DNA of 40,221 bases, counting the filler, from an uncultured bacterium (GTDB taxonomy: Bacteria; UBP4; UBA4092), in the NCBI GenBank assembly GCA_964644695.1. It is 4 parts of 4 records of this genome, joined end to end, with 100 filler letters (N's around TTAATTAATTAA, not from the genome) between each part and the next. Parts side by side here need not be neighbours in the genome. Positions count along the whole stretch, not along the records: positions 1 to 15,483 come from CAZXWN010000024.1; 3 more parts are not named here. The stretch is one strand, 5' to 3'. Under the pieces are notes generated by a model. The model had not been told where the DNA came from, searched no databases, and saw only the letters and a list, made by a program, of their open reading frames with translations. The position numbers were made by a program, and so were the translations under genes. Numbering within the stretch: the first letter of the stretch is position 1; the number at the start of each line of letters is the position of its first letter. Below, in pieces: positions 1 through 8,557 of this stretch.

Positions 1-35
1 CGGCATCCCTGTATAGTACAAATCGGAAAGAAGGA

Positions 36-2804
36 TTAGAAGCCTGTAATAGCCATTACAAACGGGGCGACACTGGCTTCATTCGATTCCATAACAATGG
101 ATTTAATGGCAACATTCGGTTTAGGATTGGTCCAATGGCACTGAAGCAGGAAGATAGGATATCCAGTGGCTGTTTTCCCATTCCAGGTGAACTTGCCGTT
201 CAGATAAGCTTCCTGGTCATCCCATGCGGCGATGTTCTTACCATACACCAGAGGAATGATTTCCTTGGAACCATCCACATAGTTCACAACATACTGACCG
301 ATCCGAGACCCTGTCGCCGCACTCAATACAGAGGCATTAAGGAAGGCAAGTGTGGAAGCCTTCTGATTCACTTTGATATCTTCAGATTGTGCGGGGAAAG
401 TATCCATCAATCCATACCCTTTGACTGCCACAGCCGCCGGAACATCTTTGATGGTGGACACTCTGTATTTCACAGAATCCTGCAGGCTTAAGACCCCTTT
501 ATTCGCTTGAGCAAACATATTCGAGAGGTCATGGCCTGCAGCCACTTTGACAAATCCAGTCTGACCTTTATCAATCAGGGTGAAGTTTGCCGCAGGGGAC
601 AGATTTACATTGAATCCATCTTTTGTTTCAATCTGGGTTTTCCCATACCAGAGGTCATTCAAAATCTGGTAGGGGTTGTATCCCGGATTAATGACATCCC
701 GGTTAACAGGGTTCCAGAACCAGTCACCATCGAGAATATAAGCAACGACCTGTTCCGGAGTCCGTTCCACAATAGAAATGTTTTCCTTATATCCAGACCA
801 GGTGGTTCCCATCATACCTTTGGCACCCACTTTGTGGGCATATTCAGAGAACCGGGAGATATTCAGAGGGCTATACCAGGTACAACCGAGGGTTTCAAAG
901 CCCATCTCTTCATACATCTTCATGGTCGGCTGTTCCAACTCATCACCATAACGCCAGTCAGCAATGATGATGTCCCGCGGGAGGGCTGGGAGATTATCCT
1001 TGTATCCCTGTTTCGGGAAGAGGTCGCCCCAGATCATTGTTTTGACTCCGCGGTCTTTCAGATAGTTATATAACTTGATGGTGTCCATGAAATACAGGTC
1101 GTATTTCCCGACCGCCTTACAATACTCATGATTGGGGAACTTACCAAACATGTCCACTTCATCATGCCCAATGTGGAGTGTGTTGGGTTTAAAAATATCC
1201 AGTGATTCCTGAATGACAGGAAGAATAAACTCATAGGAGCGAGGATCCAGTGGGCAGTAAGCATAAGGATGAGAGGTATCTTCACAAAACTCCAGATTCA
1301 CCTTCTTACCCGCGGGCCCTTCAAACATCCATTCACCATGACCCAGGGACTGAACCAATGGGACTATTTCAATAAATCGGTCAGATGCCAGTTTGGCCAG
1401 TGCCCGGGCATCATCGGTAGTCATCGCATAATCTTTGGCAATTTCGGGACGGCTCTTCCATTTAATCCCATGTTCTACTTCAACGACCAGTTGATTAAAT
1501 TTATATTTGGCAAAGATTTCCTTGATCATCTTGCCATAAACCTGAAGTCCATCCTTATCAATGATGATGTGGCAGGAGCGGACGGGGAAAGCCGGTTGAT
1601 CCCAAATCTCGGACCCCTTCACGACCACCTGACCGTTGATTTTCCGGAAAAGCTGTTTCAGAGACTGGGCACCATAATAAGTACCCTTTTCATCCGTACC
1701 CACGATCAGGACTCTGTTCGCATTAGCTTCCAGAACATAACCTTCTTCCATGGGTTTGGCGGTTTGTTTAATCGGTTTGACAATCACATTGTTCCATTCA
1801 CCCAGAACAATACATCCATCCACCGAACTGACATTATTTGTACGAACTATGGGGAGGCTGGCCATACCAAATTTGTTGACCAGTTCTTCGTTGATTTCAG
1901 CAGCGGCTTGTTCCTGTCCACGATTTGAATCAGACGGGATGATGATTTTGGATTGAGAGGTCAAAACCATGTCCTGACCCGTCAAGGCAAATTTCACAGG
2001 TTTGGGAATAATCACGACCGGTTCCACAACTTGTTCACGGGCCTTGGACATCTCCTGTGTTCCGGATTTTCCTTCACCTGAAACAGGATTGAGTGCCGAC
2101 TTCAGGCCCACAAACTTACCATTGATGTTCATTCCCTTCAAAATACCAAAGGTATAGGGGCTGTGGAACATGCCATTGGTCAGGCTCCAGGAATAATACT
2201 GTTCTACGGGTTTGCGTTCCCGGTACAGATTGATTCGCCAGAAGGCAGAATTGCTATTTTCATCCTTCAGATAACTAAAGGGGATAACGATTTCAGCCGT
2301 CCAGGATTTCGCTTGACGAGCGGTCTTGACCTGCCAGTCAGCCTTCTTGTAAGGGTTCCGCAGATTGGCGGTATATTTCACACCCGCGATGTTGGCAGCA
2401 AGATGAATATAACTTCTTTCACCGACAGACTGAGAAGGATTGATCATCACTTCAACACAGTCATCCAGATAAACGGCCCCATCTTCTGTTGTCATTTCAG
2501 AAACGACTTTGTCCATCTGGTTTTCATGGTTGATATATCCGATGTAAAGGTTTTGGTCATCATACATAAGGAATACTTCGGTGGGATTATCCATTTTCTT
2601 ACCCGAAGTGTAATGGTTCAGCTCAACTTTGGCTGCACCCTTCCATTCCTGGGGATCCAGTTTCCCATCCAGAACAACCTTCTGGGGGGCTCTGACAGCT
2701 TCTACAACCGGCAGTTTTGACAGCTGCGCATTGACACCCGTCATCATTAAACCTCCCAATGCCATTGTTGCCAAGACATTAAGTACTGATTTCGTGCGCT
2801 TCAT
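36..2804 (-). CDS. Secreted GH20 beta-N-acetylhexosaminidase-like protein with N-terminal CBM9-like domain (paralog 1)
   Basis: Signal peptide MKRTKSVL...VNA-Q. CBM9-like motifs LDGKLD..EW, YDDQNLY, DDCVEV, WTAEIVIPF. GH20b segment EEGYVL...GTYYGAQSLKQL. Catalytic barrel with IWDQPAFPVRS and HIGHDE. Start moved from the ORF-track 2846 to ATG 2804, which follows GAAGGA. Confidence 0.85.
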   Translation of the reverse strand: MKRTKSVLNVLATMALGGLMMTGVNAQLSKLPVVEAVRAPQKVVLDGKLDPQEWKGAAKVELNHYTSGKKMDNPTEVFLMYDDQNLYIGYINHENQMDKVVSEMTTEDGAVYLDDCVEVMINPSQSVGERSYIHLAANIAGVKYTANLRNPYKKADWQVKTARQAKSWTAEIVIPFSYLKDENSNSAFWRINLYRERKPVEQYYSWSLTNGMFHSPYTFGILKGMNINGKFVGLKSALNPVSGEGKSGTQEMSKAREQVVEPVVIIPKPVKFALTGQDMVLTSQSKIIIPSDSNRGQEQAAAEINEELVNKFGMASLPIVRTNNVSSVDGCIVLGEWNNVIVKPIKQTAKPMEEGYVLEANANRVLIVGTDEKGTYYGAQSLKQLFRKINGQVVVKGSEIWDQPAFPVRSCHIIIDKDGLQVYGKMIKEIFAKYKFNQLVVEVEHGIKWKSRPEIAKDYAMTTDDARALAKLASDRFIEIVPLVQSLGHGEWMFEGPAGKKVNLEFCEDTSHPYAYCPLDPRSYEFILPVIQESLDIFKPNTLHIGHDEVDMFGKFPNHEYCKAVGKYDLYFMDTIKLYNYLKDRGVKTMIWGDLFPKQGYKDNLPALPRDIIIADWRYGDELEQPTMKMYEEMGFETLGCTWYSPLNISRFSEYAHKVGAKGMMGTTWSGYKENISIVERTPEQVVAYILDGDWFWNPVNRDVINPGYNPYQILNDLWYGKTQIETKDGFNVNLSPAANFTLIDKGQTGFVKVAAGHDLSNMFAQANKGVLSLQDSVKYRVSTIKDVPAAVAVKGYGLMDTFPAQSEDIKVNQKASTLAFLNASVLSAATGSRIGQYVVNYVDGSKEIIPLVYGKNIAAWDDQEAYLNGKFTWNGKTATGYPIFLLQCHWTNPKPNVAIKSIVMESNEASVAPFVMAITGF

Positions 2805-2845
2805 CTGGGATTTTCCTTCCTCGCGTGATAGTGATGTTTGCTGCA

Positions 2846-2854
2846 ATTATAACA
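2846..2854 (-). promoter_or_regulatory. Extended -10 promoter (TGtTATAAT) upstream of GH20 paralog 1
   Basis: Minus strand reads CTGTTATAAT about 40 nt upstream of the ATG. The same type of element lies upstream of paralog 2. Confidence 0.5.
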
Positions 2855-2998
2855 GATTAGACACACGGGTTTCCTATGAAAATTCTTTCCATTTTCGACA
2901 AAAAACCCACTTCCCCGCCACCTTTTCTGGATACCTTTGAAACCACTGGAGTTACCCAATTTTTACTCCCCCAAAAGTCTCACCCACCAACGAAGCAG

Positions 2999-3046
2999 AA
3001 ACGAAGAGGGTACGGACTTGCTCCGAGCTGCTCCGTGGATGATTCG
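2999..3046. repeat. REP-like palindromic element, copy 1
   Basis: aaacgaa...acggacttgctccgagctgctccgtg...ttcg. A similar copy is at 15634-15684. Nested stems acgga/tccgt and cgaa/ttcg. Confidence 0.55.
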
Positions 3047-3068
3047 CCGCACCTGTCCCCCTGAAAAG

Positions 3069-3106
3069 AAAAGCCCCTTACACCTCCACAGTGTAAGGGG
3101 CTTTTT
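3069..3106 (-). terminator. Intrinsic terminator, possibly bidirectional, after the lipoprotein gene
   Basis: Perfect 15-bp stem aaaagccccttacac/gtgtaaggggctttt with a 7-nt loop and A/T tracts on both sides. Confidence 0.85.
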
Positions 3107-3117
3107 CATTGAGATAA

Positions 3118-4233
3118 TCAGTTTAGTTTTCCAACAATTGTGGCATCTTTAGTTTCGAGAATAATTTGTCCATTGTCACCGATTCGCGCATAGGATTTCC
3201 AAGATTCACAAACTGCACCCGAAGCATCCTGCAGTACTTTGATTTTGTTGGCAGCTTTATCATACAAACAATAAACAGTTTTTCCCTCATAGTCTACAGA
3301 TCCGATAAAAGTATTGCCATCAGAAGATACGTCAAAGGTAATCATCTTGCCAGAGTAATTTTCAATTTTGGATTGATCTAAACTAATAAAACTTGTTTTT
3401 CCAGGCGATGTAAAAATCACTTCTCTAAGTTTTTCCGGCTGTAATGACAGGGCAACAACCTTTTGATTTTTTGTAAAGGGAGTCACATCCGCATGGTAAT
3501 TAAGTGTATATAGAGCTTTAGTGCTTTTTAAAGACAATGTAAGAAGCCCAACTTCACTCTTTTCATAGCCAACTTTTTCTTTATACTGATCAAAAGAATA
3601 AAGTATTGAGTCATCTGTCACAAATTTAAAAGATCTACACCAAATGCGGTTAGGGAAGCCAATATCAGGAAAAGCAAATTCTGTGCTTGTATCCGTAAGT
3701 ACATTTATTAAAGCCAGCTTTTTTATACCAATTGCACGACCAAATAATAATTGACCGGTTTCATTTAAACAAGAACAAACCATGTCGGGATATACCTTTT
3801 CCGTTTGAGTTGCAGAATCCCAAATAACAGACATTCCTTTTTTCTCAGATGATATATAATACCCAAACAATATCTTTCCATTTGCACACTGGGGAACTAA
3901 ATAATAATTAGTAGATGAAGGGAAAACTTGTTTAGATATCATAGAAATCGTCTTCCCGGTTGAATCTACCAACCATAACATTTGGTCTTTAACGAGAATC
4001 ATATTACTGCTATTTGGCACGAGAATCCCAGTATTACCATTATTGACTCTGTATAACTCGGTAAAGGTGACTTTTTCATACGAACCCTCAGGAATGGTTG
4101 TCGTTATCAATGAAGGCCCTGTATTGCCTGATGATGGAGTTGTTGTTACATTTAAACGAGAAGAACACCCGCTATTTAACAAAACCAAACTTACCAGACT
4201 TAGCAACACAAAACTTCTGAATAATGCTTTCAT
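3118..4233 (-). CDS. Putative lipoprotein, possibly beta-propeller fold, function unknown
   Basis: 371 aa. Hydrophobic N-terminus ending in lipobox-like LLNSG-C, then a Thr/Ser/Pro linker and beta-rich repeats (e.g. FDVSSDGNTFIG). Visibly more AT-rich than its neighbours. GGGGA precedes the ATG. Confidence 0.7.
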   Translation of the reverse strand: MKALFRSFVLLSLVSLVLLNSGCSSRLNVTTTPSSGNTGPSLITTTIPEGSYEKVTFTELYRVNNGNTGILVPNSSNMILVKDQMLWLVDSTGKTISMISKQVFPSSTNYYLVPQCANGKILFGYYISSEKKGMSVIWDSATQTEKVYPDMVCSCLNETGQLLFGRAIGIKKLALINVLTDTSTEFAFPDIGFPNRIWCRSFKFVTDDSILYSFDQYKEKVGYEKSEVGLLTLSLKSTKALYTLNYHADVTPFTKNQKVVALSLQPEKLREVIFTSPGKTSFISLDQSKIENYSGKMITFDVSSDGNTFIGSVDYEGKTVYCLYDKAANKIKVLQDASGAVCESWKSYARIGDNGQIILETKDATIVGKLN

Positions 4234-4283
4234 ATTTTCCCCAATCGATTGATTTTATGTGTGATTGCTATTAACGCTCATAT

Positions 4284-4312
4284 ATTTATCACGACAATAA
4301 TGAATTTGTCAA
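4284..4312 (-). promoter_or_regulatory. Sigma70-like promoter of the lipoprotein gene
   Basis: TTGACA at 4312-4307, then 17 nt, then ATAAAT on the minus strand. Confidence 0.45.
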
Positions 4313-4338
4313 TAAGTATTACATGAAAACATAAAAAT

Positions 4339-4373
4339 AAAAGCCCCTTACACCTCCACGGTGTAAGGGGCTT
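4339..4373 (-). terminator. Intrinsic terminator after GH20 paralog 2, near-identical to 3069-3103
   Basis: aaaagccccttacacctccacggtgtaaggggctt, followed by a U-tract on the minus strand. Confidence 0.85.
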
Positions 4374-4390
4374 AATGACAACTAATTTGA

Positions 4391-7162
4391 TTATTCTAAA
4401 CCGGTAATTCCCATCAGAACCGGTGATACATTGACAGGACTATTCACCATGGACATACTCCTGATTGTTTTGTCTGGATAAGGATTAACCCATCTGGACT
4501 GAAGGAGCCAGACCGGCCGTTTATTCGCCGTCATCCCAAACCAGGACCAGTTCCCGGAATAATATGACGCCATATCCTGCCATCCTCCAATGTTCTTCCC
4601 ATAAATCAACGGCACTTTGACCTGGGTATTATCTGTATAAGTGATGAGATATTCTCCACAGAGCTTCCCTGTTTCCATACTGTATAAAGTTGTATGCAGG
4701 AAGTTCAACACAGAGGCTTTCCGGTTGATTTGGATATTTTCCACCGCACTGGGGAAAGACTCCATCAAACCAAACCCCTTTAATGCTATTCCACAGTGGA
4801 CTTCTTTAACTTTGGAAAGTCGGTACTGGATATTGTCTTCCAGATGAATCACATCCTTTTGGGCCTGAGAAACCAGAGAAGAAAAGTCCTGGCCCTTCCC
4901 TATTTTCATAAAACCCGTCAGTCCCGGGTCCACCAGAGAGAGATTGGCATAAGGAGACAAATTCACCGTAAATCCTTTTTTAGGGGAAACCTTCGGATGA
5001 CCATACCAAAGTCCTTTCATCACCTTGAAGGGGTCATATCCGGGATTATTGACATCTCTATTCACTGGATTCCAAAACCAGTCAGCGGCCGTGATATAAG
5101 CTGCGACCTGTTCAGGTGCCCGTTCCACAATCGAAGTGTTTTGATTGTAACCGGCCCAAGTCGTCTGCATCATACCTTTGGCTTTATTTCCATTGGCATA
5201 CTCGCTGAATCTGGAAATATTGGCAGGAATATACCAGGTACATCCTATTGTTTCAAAACCTTTATCCATGTACATTTTTGTTGTGGGATACTCAATTTGG
5301 TCGCCATATATCCAGTCTGCAATAAGAATATCTTTCGGAAGTGACGGAAGATTATCTTTATATCCCTGTTTCGGAAATAAATCACCCCAAAGCATTGTTT
5401 TAATTCCCCTGGATTTGAGATGGTTATATATCATCAGTGTATCGGCAAAATACAGGTCATACTTCCCGACCGCCTTACAATATTCATGGTTGGGGAATGT
5501 GCCCCGCATATCTATTTCATCATGGCCAATATGGATAGTCCGAGGCTGGAAGATATCAATGGCTTCATCAAAGATAGAGAAGATAAAGTCATAGGATCTG
5601 GGGTCCAGAGGGCAATAAGCATAATGAGATTGAGGGTCTTCCGCAAATTCCAGGTTTGCCTTGCCATTGATTCCACCAAACATCCAGTCTCCATGTCCGA
5701 GAGATTGAATGAGCGGCACCACTTCCAGATAGTGGTCTTTTGCATACTGAGCCAGTTCACGGGCTTCTTCCGGAAACATCCCGTATGCTTTCTGAACTTC
5801 AGGACGACTCTGCCACCGAATTCCATGCTCCGCTTCCATAACGATTTGGTTATATTTGAACCGGGAGAAGAATTTCTTGATCATCTTCTTATGGATAACA
5901 GGAGACCCATTATCTAATAAAACATGGACGGACCGTACCGGGAATGCCGGCTGATCCCATATCCAGGCTCCTTTGACAATGACCCCATTATCAACCCGTC
6001 TCAACAGCTGTTTCAAAGATTGGACACCATAATAGGTCCCGGCTTCATCTGTGCCATTAATAATAATTTCTTTTTTCCCCACCCATAAGACATACCCCTC
6101 GGGGCCGGGTTTCGCCTGTTCCAGAGGTGCTTTCCTGCCTGCATTATCAAACTCACCCAGCACAATACAACCCTGATAATCGCTGACATCAGCGGCATTC
6201 ACGATGGGAAGCGGCACTAAACCCAGCTCCTCGGTAAGCTCTTCATTGATTTCAGTCGCCGCCTGGAAATGTCCTTTCGTCGGGTTCATGGGAACAACGA
6301 TTCGAGTTTGTGGATTAAATATGAAATCTTGTCTGGTGGGTATGAATTGAACCGGTTTAGGAATAATCAGCATAGGGGATTCTTTTTCCATCTGGGCAAC
6401 ATCCAGATTCTGAGTCCCTGGTTTTCCACTGCCTTTGGCAGGCATCACCGGTGCTTTAAGTCCGATAAACTTCCCATTAATATGGATTCCCTTTAGAACA
6501 CCAAAATTCTGGGAGTCATGGAACCGTCTGGTTGTGGACCAGGAATAATATTCTTCTTTACCGGCTTTCCGTTCCCGGAAAAGATTGATTCTCCAATAAG
6601 CCACATTGACATTTTCATCAACAAGATAATTAAAAGGAATCACCAGCTCTGCTGTCCAGGAATCTCCCTGCCGGGCTGTTTTCACTTTCCAGTCGGCAAC
6701 CCTCCCTTGAATCCGCCGGTTTTCTGTATATCGAATCCCGGCAATATTGGCGGCAAAATGAACATAACTCCGTTCACTGGTTGCTTCCGCGGGATTAATC
6801 ATCACTTCAATACAGTCATCCAGATAAACAGCTCCATTTTCCGTGGTCATATAGGAAACAACCTTATCCATTTCCTTTTCATGACACATAAATCCCACAT
6901 ATAGATTTTGCTCGTCATACATCAGGAAAGCCTCTGTGGGGTTTTCCATGGGTTTACCTGTAAGATTCTGCTTTAAGTCGATTTTGGCTGAGCCTTGCCA
7001 TTCTGTGGCGTTTAAAACGCCATCCAGAGTGATACCGCGAGTTGTTTGCGTGGGACTTACAACAGGTAAATGAGCGGGCTGCGCACATGCAATAGAGGTG
7101 AGGATACATCCAATGACAAAATACATGATGTTGGAGGGAATATGACAGGACATCTTCTTCAT
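4391..7162 (-). CDS. Secreted GH20 beta-N-acetylhexosaminidase-like protein with N-terminal CBM9-like domain (paralog 2)
   Basis: Colinear with 36..2804 over its whole length (GAVYLDDC.EVMINP, WDQPAFPVRS, YAYCPLDPRSY, HIGHDE, WGDLFPKQGYKDNLP). N-terminal signal peptide. Confidence 0.85.
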   Translation of the reverse strand: MKKMSCHIPSNIMYFVIGCILTSIACAQPAHLPVVSPTQTTRGITLDGVLNATEWQGSAKIDLKQNLTGKPMENPTEAFLMYDEQNLYVGFMCHEKEMDKVVSYMTTENGAVYLDDCIEVMINPAEATSERSYVHFAANIAGIRYTENRRIQGRVADWKVKTARQGDSWTAELVIPFNYLVDENVNVAYWRINLFRERKAGKEEYYSWSTTRRFHDSQNFGVLKGIHINGKFIGLKAPVMPAKGSGKPGTQNLDVAQMEKESPMLIIPKPVQFIPTRQDFIFNPQTRIVVPMNPTKGHFQAATEINEELTEELGLVPLPIVNAADVSDYQGCIVLGEFDNAGRKAPLEQAKPGPEGYVLWVGKKEIIINGTDEAGTYYGVQSLKQLLRRVDNGVIVKGAWIWDQPAFPVRSVHVLLDNGSPVIHKKMIKKFFSRFKYNQIVMEAEHGIRWQSRPEVQKAYGMFPEEARELAQYAKDHYLEVVPLIQSLGHGDWMFGGINGKANLEFAEDPQSHYAYCPLDPRSYDFIFSIFDEAIDIFQPRTIHIGHDEIDMRGTFPNHEYCKAVGKYDLYFADTLMIYNHLKSRGIKTMLWGDLFPKQGYKDNLPSLPKDILIADWIYGDQIEYPTTKMYMDKGFETIGCTWYIPANISRFSEYANGNKAKGMMQTTWAGYNQNTSIVERAPEQVAAYITAADWFWNPVNRDVNNPGYDPFKVMKGLWYGHPKVSPKKGFTVNLSPYANLSLVDPGLTGFMKIGKGQDFSSLVSQAQKDVIHLEDNIQYRLSKVKEVHCGIALKGFGLMESFPSAVENIQINRKASVLNFLHTTLYSMETGKLCGEYLITYTDNTQVKVPLIYGKNIGGWQDMASYYSGNWSWFGMTANKRPVWLLQSRWVNPYPDKTIRSMSMVNSPVNVSPVLMGITGLE

Positions 7163-7196
7163 GGTTTAATCTCCCGGAAAGGGTATTGTTGATGAA

Positions 7197-7205
7197 ATTA
7201 TACCA
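7197..7205 (-). promoter_or_regulatory. Extended -10 promoter (TGgTATAAT) upstream of GH20 paralog 2
   Basis: Minus strand reads CTGGTATAAT about 35 nt before the ATG. Confidence 0.5.
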
Positions 7206-7219
7206 GACCCGATGTTACG

Positions 7220-8398
7220 CTATTTCTGCCTGGAAAAGAAGGAGATAAACCATGCCTGTTTGGTTATTCCTTTTCCAAACAAATAAGAGGGAGTCTCAAT
7301 AAATCGATGAATACACCAGGCAATAAAGACCACAATCCCCAGGGTCTCTAACATAATCAAGTAGTGGTTATGCTGGAACTTATACAAGAAGCCCATGATA
7401 ATGAATCCATTGATACAGTGGACCATATATAAGGGATAACTGATTTTGGCAAAGAAATCAATAATTCTGCTCTGGGGGAAATACTCCCGCCAGTAATAAC
7501 TGGCATAAACAATGGCCAGCGCTGGCATGTAATTCAATACAAGTATCCTGAATGACCATGGGAATGGACGATTGTATCCCGCCACCAGAAACAGGGTCGT
7601 TAATACTGCACTCATCCAGGCAAACTTCTTAAAGGACCATTTCTTCCTGTAAAGGTTATAAAGTCCAACGCCATTCAACATGAATAATATCTGAATCGTG
7701 TTGTACCCCAGAATGATGCGGACATGCTCACTCCAGGTATGGACATCAATGTATTTGAGAGGAAGTGCTATTGCCTGGCAGTTGATTCCCATCAGGATCA
7801 AGGCTACTACCAGAATTGCTTTATAATTATCCAATCCTGCCCAGCCCGCAATCAAGGCACACATCAAATAAAACTTGATTTCAATCTCTAAAGACCAGTT
7901 GATGTAGTCAATTGAAGGAACATAAGTCATATCTCGAAATAAGGAAAGATTCACAAGATAATCATGGAGGGAATAGGGGAAAGGATGTCCATAATACAGC
8001 GCATTAATGAAGACGAAAAGACAAGTAATTACTAATCCCACCGCATAAGTGGGATAAACTCGGAATAACCGTCGTACAATAAACCGGGGGACATTCCGGT
8101 CTTCCAGGGAGATGGATACTACAAACCCACTGATAAGGAAGAAGATAGCTACCCCCACTCGGCCGGATTCAAAGGCCATATTCTTCAGGGTTTGCGTCCA
8201 AAACATGTGAGGGAGTAATCGGACTTGTTGAAGGGGTTCAATCTGGGCCACTTCGGAAATCAATCGGTTCTCCAGCAGAAAGGCAACGCAATAATGCCAG
8301 TAAACTACGGATAACGCTCCAAGTCCACGGAGGGCTTGAGCAAACCATAGATATTCCTGAGTCTGTATTTCAGCGTGTGGCTTGTGTGTTTTATTCAC
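7220..8398 (-). CDS. Acyltransferase family 3 (OafA/YrhL-like membrane O-acyltransferase)
   Basis: Motifs ALRGLGALSVVYWH, GVAIFFLISGFV, FIVRRLFRVYP, WSLEIEIKFY, ISYPLYMVH, HRFIETP. About 10 TM segments. Confidence 0.9.
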   Translation of the reverse strand: MNKTHKPHAEIQTQEYLWFAQALRGLGALSVVYWHYCVAFLLENRLISEVAQIEPLQQVRLLPHMFWTQTLKNMAFESGRVGVAIFFLISGFVVSISLEDRNVPRFIVRRLFRVYPTYAVGLVITCLFVFINALYYGHPFPYSLHDYLVNLSLFRDMTYVPSIDYINWSLEIEIKFYLMCALIAGWAGLDNYKAILVVALILMGINCQAIALPLKYIDVHTWSEHVRIILGYNTIQILFMLNGVGLYNLYRKKWSFKKFAWMSAVLTTLFLVAGYNRPFPWSFRILVLNYMPALAIVYASYYWREYFPQSRIIDFFAKISYPLYMVHCINGFIIMGFLYKFQHNHYLIMLETLGIVVFIAWCIHRFIETPSYLFGKGITKQAWFISFFSRQK

Positions 8399-8497
8399 GA
8401 ATTATACTTATTTCTAAAACTTCAGATATGGTTGCCATTTTATCATAGCCCACTTGGTAAATTGTGGGCCCTTTAATCCAAACGATATCCAGTAAAT

Positions 8498-8530
8498 AAA
8501 AAAGCGGAAGGCTGTTTCAGCCTTCCGCTT
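8498..8530 (-). terminator. Intrinsic terminator
   Basis: Stem gcggaaggctg/cagccttccgc followed by a U-run on the minus strand, about 30 nt after the stop at 8558. Confidence 0.85.
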
Positions 8531-8557
8531 GAGTATATCAATTCTGATCAAGTGGCC

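Noticed and set aside
135-6904. Long plus-strand ORFs opposite both GH20 genes, some similar to each other
   Set aside because: Antisense shadows of paralogous coding sequence, with no RBS or recognisable domains.
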